Shown: one piece after another, positions 44,484-54,410 of the stretch
How positions within the stretch are numbered: position 1 is the first letter of the stretch
Layout of the letters: the number at the start of each line of letters is the position of its first letter
From: Oscillospiraceae bacterium
Lineage (GTDB): Bacteria; Bacillota; Clostridia; Oscillospirales; Acutalibacteraceae
NCBI GenBank assembly: GCA_015065615.1
Contig: SVPY01000002.1
Span: forward strand, 62,973-126,972
Length of the DNA stretch: 64,000 bases
Reading direction: 5' to 3'
Made by a program: the position numbers and the translations under genes
The notes under the pieces: generated by a model
Database searches by the model: none
What the model was told of the DNA's origin: nothing
The model's input: the letters and a program-made list of their open reading frames with translations, nothing else

Positions 44484-45473
44484 TTACTTTTTAGTTAATA
44501 TAGCTTTTCCTTTGCACAATACTTTCCAAAATAATACTTTCGGAGATTTTAACACAGAATAATAAACCACTCTATCGTCTAAATTCATTCTGCCTGTTTT
44601 TTTCAGAAGACCGAAACACTCAACCATCCTGTCTTTTTTCAAGTTAGCTGCGGCGCGGTACAAAGCTCCTCTGTAATAAACAGAATTATACATATTTTCG
44701 TATTTTTTATACTCTTTCGGGTCTTTAACCAATCTATCTAATACGTTGAAATAAATCTCTCTCCAACCGGCAGAGTTTCTTTCTGAAAGATAGTACTGTT
44801 CAATAGGATCTTTTGCGTGAGAATGGGAATTTTCATATATGTAATATTCCATTAGTGGTTCGTCAATATAACCGAATTTTTGATTATATGTAACAGGTAA
44901 AAGCATTTGAAAATTCTGACCAAATCTTGAAGGAAAAATATTTTTATCAGGGTATATCGAAAAAAACACATCCGACCTTATCATATAAGTTCCGGGCCAA
45001 TTATTCGTTTTGCCTAAACTTAATGCAGTAAATAAATCTGTAATTTTCTTTTCTGCTTCATTTATTATAATCAATTCACGGTTTTCACCTTTCATATACC
45101 AGCCATTACTTCTAACGCCGGCACAATCAGGATTTTCATTCAAGAAGTTTGCTCGTTTTGATACAGAGCCTTGCAACAAACGATCATCAGAATCCAAAAG
45201 AGTAATATAATCGCCACGTACAGCTTTAACAGCAGTATTAGTTGCAGCTCCTACACCTCGGTTTTCTTGATGAATATAAATTAATGAAAAACCTTTTTCT
45301 TCAAACTTCTTTTTCCACTTAAATATTTTAGATTCACTATCATCTACAGATCCATCATTAACAACAATAAGCTCAATATTCGGATAATCTTGCTCATATA
45401 CAGAACCAATACTCATATCAAGATACTTTTCTGCATTATAGCAAGGCATAATAATACTGACTTTTACCGACAT
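44484..45473 (-). CDS. Family 2 glycosyltransferase
   Basis: N-terminal VSIIMPCYNAEKYL...VNDGSVDDS and a DSDD DxD motif. Confidence 0.85.
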   Translation of the reverse strand: MSVKVSIIMPCYNAEKYLDMSIGSVYEQDYPNIELIVVNDGSVDDSESKIFKWKKKFEEKGFSLIYIHQENRGVGAATNTAVKAVRGDYITLLDSDDRLLQGSVSKRANFLNENPDCAGVRSNGWYMKGENRELIIINEAEKKITDLFTALSLGKTNNWPGTYMIRSDVFFSIYPDKNIFPSRFGQNFQMLLPVTYNQKFGYIDEPLMEYYIYENSHSHAKDPIEQYYLSERNSAGWREIYFNVLDRLVKDPKEYKKYENMYNSVYYRGALYRAAANLKKDRMVECFGLLKKTGRMNLDDRVVYYSVLKSPKVLFWKVLCKGKAILTKK

Positions 45474-45496
45474 ACAAACTCCACCATAAATATTAA

Positions 45497-46405
45497 TTAT
45501 ATAATCCTATCAATAATTTGACTTAAGTAATCTTTATCTTCGCATATACTTATATTATGCAACTCACTTCTTGCCTCATTTGTGTACTTATTTGGTATGG
45601 GAACTTTTTCTTCAGCATTCATTAAACACCACATATATTCGATATCAACATGTCCAACATCTAATGCTTGTATTCCCATATCAGTCAAATCTGCCGCGAG
45701 TACAGTTGCAGTAGGTCCTAATGCAAGTAACACCAATTCATCTTTATGGTGTTCACTTATACTCTTTATTATCTGTTCATATTTATCATATGCGTTTTCA
45801 GCTGGTGCCAAAATTCTTTTAATCGATTTAGTATTTTTAAACAAATCATTACCAACACCCAAACGGGTTTTATCGCCTTCAACAATCATAATATCCTTAT
45901 TCCCCCATAATGATTTTAAGTTATTGAATCGATCTAACGCGGATTCCTTATCGTGCCAATCCATATAAGGTCTAGTAATCATGCTATCACCAAAACTATA
46001 CCTTTTTTTACCACATTTACATATTAACTTAAACAAATCATTATAATTATTTAGTGAATAGTTATTCCAAAAATACGCAGATTTAACTGTCAACCCATTG
46101 GTTGTTTTTATACAAACAGGTATGCAGATTAATATATTATCGTTCTTACCACATAATACATTTAATAACGATTCTTTTAGTTCTTTTGAATAATTTTGAA
46201 AACCAATTTTACTAGATTGTAACATCATTTTAAATTCACCATCACCATATCTACTAATTGAACAGTGATGTTTTTTTATGTATTCAATAGTTTCGTTGAA
46301 ACTCATTATATGTATAGGATGAAATAATTTATTTATTTTAGGTATTAATCTTTCTATAATCGGAACATATATAGGTCGAAGCAGCTTCTTTATTCTTTCT
46401 TTCAT
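45497..46405 (-). CDS. GT-D fold glycosyltransferase (DUF1792 / SP_1767-like)
   Basis: SRYGDGEF motif typical of DUF1792. Start set at ATG 46405 behind an AAGGTG RBS (the ORF-track start is a GTG). Confidence 0.6.
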   Translation of the reverse strand: MKERIKKLLRPIYVPIIERLIPKINKLFHPIHIMSFNETIEYIKKHHCSISRYGDGEFKMMLQSSKIGFQNYSKELKESLLNVLCGKNDNILICIPVCIKTTNGLTVKSAYFWNNYSLNNYNDLFKLICKCGKKRYSFGDSMITRPYMDWHDKESALDRFNNLKSLWGNKDIMIVEGDKTRLGVGNDLFKNTKSIKRILAPAENAYDKYEQIIKSISEHHKDELVLLALGPTATVLAADLTDMGIQALDVGHVDIEYMWCLMNAEEKVPIPNKYTNEARSELHNISICEDKDYLSQIIDRII

Positions 46406-46444
46406 AATTAACACCTTTCACCTTTGTTATTATTGGGGTAACAA

Positions 46445-47416
46445 TCATTTCATAAGTTTATTAATCTGCGCTTTAATTATCCAATAAAAATACATAAATA
46501 CCGGAAACGCTTTATCATAAGCACCGGGATACTTCTCAATAGGCAATAATTTGTGATACCGAATTAACATATACTTTGCTTTTATTCTCAATCTCGGTAT
46601 ATATTTATAATACTTTATGTTTTTTTCTTCTTTTATTCGATATATGATATTTGTATGGCATAAAACATATTTTACCAAAGCATGTCTATATGCTTTTTGA
46701 TATTTATGCTCCTTCATATACTTAACTTGCTGTATCATTGCATCTAAACTTTGCAATCTAACTGGAGTCCATTTTGATTTTGTAATCCCGTCTTTATTAA
46801 CAAAATAGTAATACAACTGTTCATTTAAAAATACCACTTTTTTTACAGTAAATAATATGGTATGTGTTATATACTCATCCTCATGGATTTTTCCCTCAGG
46901 ATATTTTATACCATTAAAACATTTTTTTAAATATAACTTTCCCCATGGAACAGTTGCCATTAAATTTTTATTTATATACAAATCTTCTGGAGTACATACA
47001 TCAATAGCCTTGTTATTATCACAACATATTGTATCATCAACCACATTACAATAATTACAACAACTTATCATCACATCATGGTCACTGGTTGCTTTAATCA
47101 ACTTCTCAAGATACCTACTATCTACCCAATCATCACTATCTATAAATGTAATCCATTCACTATCGCTATTATTAATAGCTAAATTCAAACCCGCATTTCT
47201 TGCTGATGATACTCCACTATTTTCTTGGTGTATTACTCTTATTCTGCTATCTTTTTCAGCATACTCATCACAAATATAAGGACTATTATCGTGACTACCG
47301 TCATCTATTAATATTAATTCAAAATCCATAAAAGTTTGTGCTAATATACTGTCAACACAACGATTTATATACTTTTCCACATTGTATACTGGTACAATCA
47401 CACTAATTAAGGACAT
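46445..47416 (-). CDS. Family 2 glycosyltransferase
   Basis: Start at ATG 47416 (MSLISVIVPVYNVEKYI). IDDGSHDNS and DSDD motifs. The longer ORF-track start would overlap the wzt-like gene. Confidence 0.85.
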   Translation of the reverse strand: MSLISVIVPVYNVEKYINRCVDSILAQTFMDFELILIDDGSHDNSPYICDEYAEKDSRIRVIHQENSGVSSARNAGLNLAINNSDSEWITFIDSDDWVDSRYLEKLIKATSDHDVMISCCNYCNVVDDTICCDNNKAIDVCTPEDLYINKNLMATVPWGKLYLKKCFNGIKYPEGKIHEDEYITHTILFTVKKVVFLNEQLYYYFVNKDGITKSKWTPVRLQSLDAMIQQVKYMKEHKYQKAYRHALVKYVLCHTNIIYRIKEEKNIKYYKYIPRLRIKAKYMLIRYHKLLPIEKYPGAYDKAFPVFMYFYWIIKAQINKLMK

Positions 47417-47429
47417 AATAAACTCCAAT

Positions 47430-48707
47430 TCAAATATTTTTAAAAACAACTTCAGGAGTAGGCATATGTATTTGTCCCCAATGCCTGGAATCCCATACAA
47501 GCCCCCCGTTTGACGCTAATTTCATAAAACAAAGACCTTCTGCATATTCAATATTCAAATTATTTCCGGCTTCATCACGATGGAATAATACAAACCTTAA
47601 TTTATATTTATCTTCTATTAACGCAGATATATCTAATTTAATTACAGCACAAGATTCTTCGTCTTTTTTTCCGTTGTAAAAATCATATATAATGTATGTT
47701 CCAACAGGATTCCCTTCAAGATTGACAACTTCTATTCGTAAGCACACATCCGTTACATCAACCAAATTATTCCACTCCATTTGTAAAACAATAGGTTCGT
47801 TTGTATCAAAGCAGTTGTTATCCTTGTTCAAGTATTTAACCGACCTAAGATTCATTAAACGCTTAATTAACCATTTTGGTCTTTGGATATCTATTAAATC
47901 AATTTCTATTTCTTCATTAGCCTCTGATTCCATATACACCCCAATAGCTTCTTCCACATCGCCTTCGAACACGACTTTGCCCTTATCTAAAACGATGCAT
48001 CTATCGCAAAGCTGACGGATGGTGTTCATATTATGGGAAACGTAGAGAACTGTTCTGCCTTCTTTTTTGGCGGCGTCGCGCATTTTATCAAGGCATTTTT
48101 TCTGGAACGCCATATCGCCGACGGCAAGAACTTCGTCCATAATCATAATCTCGGAATCCAGGTGTGCGGCAACGGAGAAAGCAAGCTTAACGTACATACC
48201 TGAGGAATAACGCTTTACGGGGGTATCGATAAATTCGCGCACCTCCGAAAATTCTATTATGTCCTCCATTTTTGCGTCTATCTCGGCTTTTGTCATACCG
48301 AGAATGGCGCCGTTCATATATACGTTCTCTCTGCCTGTCATTTCGCCGTTAAAGCCCGTACCGACTTCGAGCATAGATGCAATTCTGCCGTAGATATCAA
48401 TTTCGCCCTCTGTGGGTGCAGTAACACGGCTTAAAAGCTTGAGCATTGTGCTTTTACCCGCGCCGTTACCGCCGATAATACCCAAAGCTTCGCCCTTATA
48501 TACGGTTAAATCTATTCCGTTTAAAGCCATAAAGGTTTTACCGATAAGTCGAGTATCGGTACCGATTTTTGTATTGGGGTCTTCTTTACCGCGGACTCTT
48601 GCCCACCAGCTCTGTAAATCCGCCGTTAAAGTGCCGCCGCCTATCTGGCCTAATTTATACATTTTTTTAACACCGGAAAGCTTTATAGCAATTTCTTTAT
48701 TATCCAT
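47430..48707 (-). CDS. Polysaccharide ABC exporter ATP-binding protein (Wzt/TagH type) with a C-terminal extra domain
   Basis: Start at ATG 48707 behind an AGGAG RBS. Walker A GGNGAGKST, signature YSSGMYVKL, Walker B IMIMDEVLAVGD. The ~170-aa C-terminal beta-rich extension resembles Wzt glycan-binding domains. Confidence 0.85.
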   Translation of the reverse strand: MDNKEIAIKLSGVKKMYKLGQIGGGTLTADLQSWWARVRGKEDPNTKIGTDTRLIGKTFMALNGIDLTVYKGEALGIIGGNGAGKSTMLKLLSRVTAPTEGEIDIYGRIASMLEVGTGFNGEMTGRENVYMNGAILGMTKAEIDAKMEDIIEFSEVREFIDTPVKRYSSGMYVKLAFSVAAHLDSEIMIMDEVLAVGDMAFQKKCLDKMRDAAKKEGRTVLYVSHNMNTIRQLCDRCIVLDKGKVVFEGDVEEAIGVYMESEANEEIEIDLIDIQRPKWLIKRLMNLRSVKYLNKDNNCFDTNEPIVLQMEWNNLVDVTDVCLRIEVVNLEGNPVGTYIIYDFYNGKKDEESCAVIKLDISALIEDKYKLRFVLFHRDEAGNNLNIEYAEGLCFMKLASNGGLVWDSRHWGQIHMPTPEVVFKNI

Positions 48708-48804
48708 TTTATTAAAATCTCCTGACTTGCGTATTTGTGGCGGTTTCACTTGAAATTGATATTTTTCAAATATCAAAGCCACAAAACGTCGTTTAAAATT
48801 TATT

Positions 48805-49650
48805 TTAAACTGTGTCCATAAAAGTTTTTTCTACGCGGTTGAATATAAGCACACCAACCACCGCAACGATAAAAGTAACGCCCCAACTAAGAATATAGTA
48901 GAATATATCTACCGTACCCTGACCGAGAACGGCGTAACGCAAAAGCTCAACGGGTGCAGTTACGGGATTTATAAGTACAACCGTGCGCATCCAACCAATG
49001 CCAATTTCGCTAATAGGGTACACAATGGGAGTAGCGTACATCCAAAGCTGAACACCGAAAGTTATTAATATTGATAAATCTCTGTACTTTGTTGTTAAAC
49101 TTGATACTATAACGCCGAAACCCATACCAAGTAAACCCAGATGCACAAGAACAATGGGAATAAACACCCAAGCCCACCAATTAGGATGCACCTGACCTAC
49201 AATTAAATAATAAGCAAGAAAAATGAATACCATAGCCATCTGAACGCCAAACTGTATTACAGATGAAAGCACGTTTGAAATAGGCGTTGTAAGTCTTGGA
49301 AAATATACTTTACCGAAAACACCTGCATTTGACGTAAAGGTGGTTGCATTTTTGTTTACACAGGTTGAAAAATACATCCATACTGCATTACCCAGAAGAT
49401 AGAAAAGTATCTGGGGGATACCCTCGGTACCGATTCCTGCAATTCCGCCGAAAACAAAGGCATACATCAAACTAGAAATCAGCGGGCTTAAAAATATCCA
49501 TGCAGGACCTAAAATAGTCTGTTTATAAGTAACTACAAAACTACGTTTTGTGAAAAGCCATATCAAGTCTCTATACTGCCATACTTCTTTTAAATTCAGT
49601 TCAAACCATTTACGTTTTGAAGTAATATGTGTGTGGTATTGGTTGTTCAT
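48805..49650 (-). CDS. Polysaccharide ABC exporter permease (Wzm/TagG, ABC-2 type)
   Basis: Six TM segments and an ABC-2 pattern. Start favoured at ATG 49650 (MNNQYH...) with an AGGTGA RBS. Confidence 0.8.
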   Translation of the reverse strand: MNNQYHTHITSKRKWFELNLKEVWQYRDLIWLFTKRSFVVTYKQTILGPAWIFLSPLISSLMYAFVFGGIAGIGTEGIPQILFYLLGNAVWMYFSTCVNKNATTFTSNAGVFGKVYFPRLTTPISNVLSSVIQFGVQMAMVFIFLAYYLIVGQVHPNWWAWVFIPIVLVHLGLLGMGFGVIVSSLTTKYRDLSILITFGVQLWMYATPIVYPISEIGIGWMRTVVLINPVTAPVELLRYAVLGQGTVDIFYYILSWGVTFIVAVVGVLIFNRVEKTFMDTV

Positions 49651-49663
49651 TATTTCACCTATT

Positions 49664-50824
49664 TTATATTTTACTGAGTAAATCCTTTGCAATAACTGCT
49701 TTTTCTTTATATTCCGGCATTATATTCTTTAGATGCTCTTTTATTTTAAGCTCATTTTTCATAAGCCAATCAAACCCTTTTGCTAATTCATCGGAGCACT
49801 TTAAATTCTGCACCGGCAGGACGTAATTTTCTTCACTGCCAAATAAATCCCTTGCTATTCCCCTTGATTTAACCGAATAGCCCAGAACAAGGGTAGGAAC
49901 ACAGCTTGAATACGCGGCAATCGTAGCGTGAGTTCTGGCGCCGATAAAAAACCTGCATTTTGAAATTATGTATTTGAGTTCGCGGCAGGTATGGTCTTCT
50001 ACCATAATCACTCTTTTTGTATCTTTAAATTCTTCGTATAGTTTTCTTAAAGGAATACGGTCGTCGCCGTCTTCCCATACTACGTGAGGAATCAAAGCCA
50101 CCTGCATATCTGTTTTATCTATTAAATAATTGATAAGCTTCTTATAATTTTCAAAAGCTATTCCTTTTTGTGTTTCTAAATCCATAGCCATAGGACTCAG
50201 ATTTAATCCTACAGTATTGCCGGAAACAAAACCATCGGGCAATTTACATTCCTTTGGCTGAAGTACAAAAGCGGGGTCTGAAACCAATATAGTATTGCTG
50301 TTAACTTTTTTTAACGCTTCATAGCTTATAGTTTCTCTTGCGGCAATTAAATCATACCTTGCAAGGTCAGCTGCAATTTCAGATTCTTCCGTTATTTTGG
50401 GCTCTACACTACAGCCCCACAAAACGGTTTTTGCGCCGCGCTTTTTTAGCATCTCGTGAAGCATGGCATATTTTTTCACGTCGGCATAGCAATAATTATC
50501 TCCGCCTATAGAGAGCGCGATATCACCTTTTTTTACGTTTGAAAAAGCTTTTACATACCAAAGCTTATCCATTGGAATATAATCTTTTTTAAATTTAAGC
50601 GAAGCATAAGCCTTTATAAAGCCAAAACTTAATTTATTTATGAAATTGACCCTGTCTTTTATTATTTTGCATATTTCATTTAAACCATACAGATTATCTT
50701 CATCAGGTCTTGATGAAATAAGGCACAAATCTTCATTTTCAAGTATATTGACAGTAGACCTCACTATAGCTTCACAGCCGTGATTTCCGCTACCGCCGTG
50801 AGCGTATAAAAAAACTTTGCTCAT
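49664..50824 (-). CDS. Polysaccharide pyruvyl transferase family protein
   Basis: 386 aa. HGGSGNHGCEAI and GGDNYCY patterns typical of the PS_pyruv_trans family. ATGA overlap with the downstream GT2 gene. Confidence 0.75.
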   Translation of the reverse strand: MSKVFLYAHGGSGNHGCEAIVRSTVNILENEDLCLISSRPDEDNLYGLNEICKIIKDRVNFINKLSFGFIKAYASLKFKKDYIPMDKLWYVKAFSNVKKGDIALSIGGDNYCYADVKKYAMLHEMLKKRGAKTVLWGCSVEPKITEESEIAADLARYDLIAARETISYEALKKVNSNTILVSDPAFVLQPKECKLPDGFVSGNTVGLNLSPMAMDLETQKGIAFENYKKLINYLIDKTDMQVALIPHVVWEDGDDRIPLRKLYEEFKDTKRVIMVEDHTCRELKYIISKCRFFIGARTHATIAAYSSCVPTLVLGYSVKSRGIARDLFGSEENYVLPVQNLKCSDELAKGFDWLMKNELKIKEHLKNIMPEYKEKAVIAKDLLSKI

Positions 50825-51774
50825 TTATTCACCTTTACAAATTTTCTATTTATATATATAAATCCGCACACAAAGGCAAGATAAGTAATTTTTTCTTTCC
50901 ACGGAAAGCTTTTATTGCTGATTATGTCGCGTTTATATTTAGAATACAGTTTTCTTGCTTTATTTACAAATGCTTTTGACTTATCATCTGATTTTTCTGC
51001 TGTTCCCAGCACGTACTGCATAAGATGAGAAGCCGTGATATAAAAGCAATCGGGTGAAAGCTCTTTATTTTCCTTTATAAACAAAATCAGCTTATCAGTA
51101 GCAGTAATAATATCCTCGGAAGGCACTTTCTTAAAACTACTCATAGCACTGCCGCTGTTTTGCAAATAGCGGTATTCTGTTTTATTTGTAGAGGTAAACT
51201 TATCGCCTTTATTTATGGCTTCAACCACAAACAAAATATCTTCATACGCTTTAAGCGGCAGGAACTTTGATTCTTTAATTAATTCTCTACGGAATAATTT
51301 TGCACAAGGGCCGGAATTTATAAATTCTCTTGTTAATATTAAATCAAGAGTTTCTTTTCTGTTTAAATTTTCTTTTTGTAAGGTAAATCTTTTTGTTTCA
51401 TTACCGTCTTTAATAATTGCAACGTCGCAAAAAGAAATAGCGCTACAGTTATTTTCCAAAGCTTCTGATAAAACTTCAAGATAATTTTCCGGTATTATAT
51501 CATCTGCATCAATGAAGGTAATGTATTCACCTTTACTTAAAGCGACTCCGTTATTTCGCGCCGCAGAAACACCTTGATTTTCTTGATAATAATACCTGAA
51601 ACGGTTGTCTTCGCTTGCAACTTTTTTACAAATCAATGAAGAATTGTCTTTACTTCCGTCATCAATTAAAAGCACTTCAAAATCAGTGAACATCTGATTC
51701 TTAAGACATAAAAAAGTTCTTTCCAAATATTTTTCTGCATTATATATAGGGATAATTATTGATATACTATTCAT
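50821..51774 (-). CDS. Family 2 glycosyltransferase
   Basis: Start favoured at ATG 51774 (MNSISIIIPIYNAEKYL) with an AAAGGGA RBS. IDDGSKDNS and DADD motifs. Confidence 0.85.
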   Translation of the reverse strand: MNSISIIIPIYNAEKYLERTFLCLKNQMFTDFEVLLIDDGSKDNSSLICKKVASEDNRFRYYYQENQGVSAARNNGVALSKGEYITFIDADDIIPENYLEVLSEALENNCSAISFCDVAIIKDGNETKRFTLQKENLNRKETLDLILTREFINSGPCAKLFRRELIKESKFLPLKAYEDILFVVEAINKGDKFTSTNKTEYRYLQNSGSAMSSFKKVPSEDIITATDKLILFIKENKELSPDCFYITASHLMQYVLGTAEKSDDKSKAFVNKARKLYSKYKRDIISNKSFPWKEKITYLAFVCGFIYINRKFVKVNK

Positions 51775-51775
51775 A

Positions 51776-52312
51776 CTAATTCCCTTTGAATTTGTTTTCA
51801 TTTGCTAATAAATAATTCTTTTTCTCTTGAAATGACATTCCCCAAGTATTTAAAACATACTTTTCGTTCTTCTTATTTAGTTCTTCTGTTGTGGAAATTT
51901 TTTTGGCTGGATTTCCTGCTATAACAGAATTTTCTTCACAAAAACTTTTCGTCACAACACTTCCGGCTGCAACAATACAATTATCTGCTAACTTTACCCC
52001 AGGTAAAACGATAGCACCCATACCTATAAAACAATTATTTCCTATTTCTATTTTTCCAAACAAATCACTGGCGCCCGGAATATAAAAACTTGCAGATGCA
52101 TCGTGCGTTGTAAACTTAACACCCGGTGCAATCATAACATTATTACCGATTTTAACTAAATATGGTTCTGCAGTTTCTATTTCATCTGAGAAAATATAAG
52201 TCTTTTCCCCTATCTCCATACCGATTTTTCGTAAATGGTATAAACGGATTTGTGCACTATCCCATTTTTTTATCTTTGTAAAATAAAACCACTTAAGAAA
52301 TTTTTTTATCAT
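51776..52312 (-). CDS. Hexapeptide-repeat (LbH) O-acetyltransferase
   Basis: 178 aa. Repeats IGNNCFIGMGAIVLPGVKLADNCIVAAGSVV. Confidence 0.8.
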   Translation of the reverse strand: MIKKFLKWFYFTKIKKWDSAQIRLYHLRKIGMEIGEKTYIFSDEIETAEPYLVKIGNNVMIAPGVKFTTHDASASFYIPGASDLFGKIEIGNNCFIGMGAIVLPGVKLADNCIVAAGSVVTKSFCEENSVIAGNPAKKISTTEELNKKNEKYVLNTWGMSFQEKKNYLLANENKFKGN

Positions 52313-52324
52313 CTCGTATTACCT

Positions 52325-53326
52325 CTAAAAAAATATATGCAACATACTGCGCAAAAAACGATACACGGCTAAAACAGCAATATTTGCAACCGGTAAATTT
52401 TTTTTATAGAAAAATAATATTACTTTTCTTATAAAATTCTCTTCTTCTGTTTTTTCTTTTATCTTCTCAGGTAAATTTAAGTCTTTAATTTTCCTTGTAA
52501 AATCACAAACATTTTTTAATTTACAATGAAATATAGTAAAAAACACATAATCATAAAGTCTCTTTACCATTATTTCTTCGTTTTCTAAATTAAACGCACC
52601 GGAACTTTGCAGAAACTTAACAATCTTCAATTGTATTTTTAGCTGTGTAAAATAGTCTATTTTTGAATCCGCATCAAGCATTGAAGAATTTTCAGCAGCT
52701 TGCAAATAATAATACAAATACTTGTCATCAAAATAAATTTTATCAACCTTGTGATATATTTCCAAATAGAAATTTAAATCTTCTGCAAGTTTTATATTTT
52801 CATCAAACCTCACTTTACCTATAACATCTTTTTTTATCAACTTTGCAACACAAAATCCATAAATACCGGTATCTTTTTGAATTTTAGCAAAATCAGGTAA
52901 TAACATTGACCTATCATATAAACCGTTATATGGAATTACCAACACTTCTTCTCTGCCATCATCCCTTACTTTTTTTAGAGAACTAATCACAAGATCTGCT
53001 TTATTATTGGTTGCGCAGTCATAAAGATTTAATAAATAATCATTGTTTATCTCATCATCGGCATCAATAAAAGTTATATATTCACCTTTTGCATTATCAA
53101 GGCCTAAATTTCTTGCATGGGAAACCCCACCATTCGGTATGTGAAAAACTTTGAACCTTGTATCAATTAAAGAGAATTCATCGCAAATTTCACCTGAACC
53201 GTCTTTAGAGCCATCATCAATAAGCAGACATTCAAAATCAGCAAAGCTCTGCTCTTTTATTTCCTGAAGAACAGTTCTTAAATATTTACTTTTGTTGTAT
53301 ACGGGGATAATAATACTGATTTTCAT
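52325..53326 (-). CDS. Family 2 glycosyltransferase
   Basis: MKISIIIPVYNKSKYL, IDDGSKDGS, DADD. Confidence 0.85.
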   Translation of the reverse strand: MKISIIIPVYNKSKYLRTVLQEIKEQSFADFECLLIDDGSKDGSGEICDEFSLIDTRFKVFHIPNGGVSHARNLGLDNAKGEYITFIDADDEINNDYLLNLYDCATNNKADLVISSLKKVRDDGREEVLVIPYNGLYDRSMLLPDFAKIQKDTGIYGFCVAKLIKKDVIGKVRFDENIKLAEDLNFYLEIYHKVDKIYFDDKYLYYYLQAAENSSMLDADSKIDYFTQLKIQLKIVKFLQSSGAFNLENEEIMVKRLYDYVFFTIFHCKLKNVCDFTRKIKDLNLPEKIKEKTEEENFIRKVILFFYKKNLPVANIAVLAVYRFLRSMLHIFF

Positions 53327-53335
53327 AACAAACTC

Positions 53336-54409
53336 TTATATTTTCGATTTTATTTTACGATATAACTTATATGACATAAGTGAAATTTTAGGAATTTTTA
53401 GTACAGATGCAATTTGCGCAAATAAAATAAAAGGATTTTTATGATATTCCGATGTAAAGAAGTTAACAAATTCCTTGTCGCTCAACATTTCACAAATATT
53501 ACTTTCTGCTTCCTTATTATTGATTATTGCTTTTTCTACTAAATCTAAAGTTCTCATAATAAGTCCGTGTGCCAACTGAAAACGATACCCTTTTGAAACT
53601 TTATTGTTAAAATCATATTCAGGACTATACATTGAACGGTATTTGTTATATATCGTTATTGCATACTTATATAAATTTGGATCATATTTTGTTGAAAGTG
53701 AATTAGGGGAATTTCTATAGTAATAAAATGCGTCACTTAAAGAAATCATATTTTTACAATATTTCAAGTACTCAATAGTAAATATTCCATCTTCCCACAT
53801 CCTGATATCATTATCAAACTTAAGATTATTATCTACAACAATCGTTTTCTTAAAAAGTTTATTCCATATCCATGCACCTAAATATGAACTATCTCTATAA
53901 TGCACATGAATAAGCTGTGGGATGATATCACTTGCAATTTTTTCATACTCTATTAATACACACTTAGGCAATATATGATGTTCCATTCGTACAGTTTGTT
54001 CATTCTCATCAACAAACATAAATCCCCAATCCAATAAATCTGGATTATATTTTTCTATAAATAAAGCACATTTAGAAAACAAAGAACTCTCAACATAATC
54101 ATCACTATCCACGAAAGCTATATAATCACCTGTACATATATCAAGACCTGCGTTTCTTGCTGCGCTGACACCTGCATTTTTTTGGTGTATTACTTTTACT
54201 CTTGCATCTTTTTTGGCATATTCGTCACATATCTCGCCGCTTTTATCAGGACTTCCGTCATCAATAAGTATGATTTCCAAATTAGCATAAGTCTGTTTTA
54301 TGATGCTATCCACACAGCGGTGAATATATTTTTCTACCCTGTAAACAGGTACGATTACAGATATTAAAGGCTGTACCGCTATGTTCACTTCTACTTCATT
54401 CGTAGCCAT
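53336..54409 (-). CDS. Family 2 glycosyltransferase
   Basis: Start at ATG 54409 (MATNEV...) behind a GGGAG RBS. ISVIVPVYRVEKYI, IDDGSPDKS, DSDD. Confidence 0.85.
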   Translation of the reverse strand: MATNEVEVNIAVQPLISVIVPVYRVEKYIHRCVDSIIKQTYANLEIILIDDGSPDKSGEICDEYAKKDARVKVIHQKNAGVSAARNAGLDICTGDYIAFVDSDDYVESSLFSKCALFIEKYNPDLLDWGFMFVDENEQTVRMEHHILPKCVLIEYEKIASDIIPQLIHVHYRDSSYLGAWIWNKLFKKTIVVDNNLKFDNDIRMWEDGIFTIEYLKYCKNMISLSDAFYYYRNSPNSLSTKYDPNLYKYAITIYNKYRSMYSPEYDFNNKVSKGYRFQLAHGLIMRTLDLVEKAIINNKEAESNICEMLSDKEFVNFFTSEYHKNPFILFAQIASVLKIPKISLMSYKLYRKIKSKI

Positions 54410-54410
54410 A

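Noticed and set aside
43920-44498. 192-aa plus-strand ORF
   Set aside because: It is entirely antisense to the well-supported FrhB-like gene (Fe-S motifs in the minus frame). It has no RBS and a low-complexity translation.
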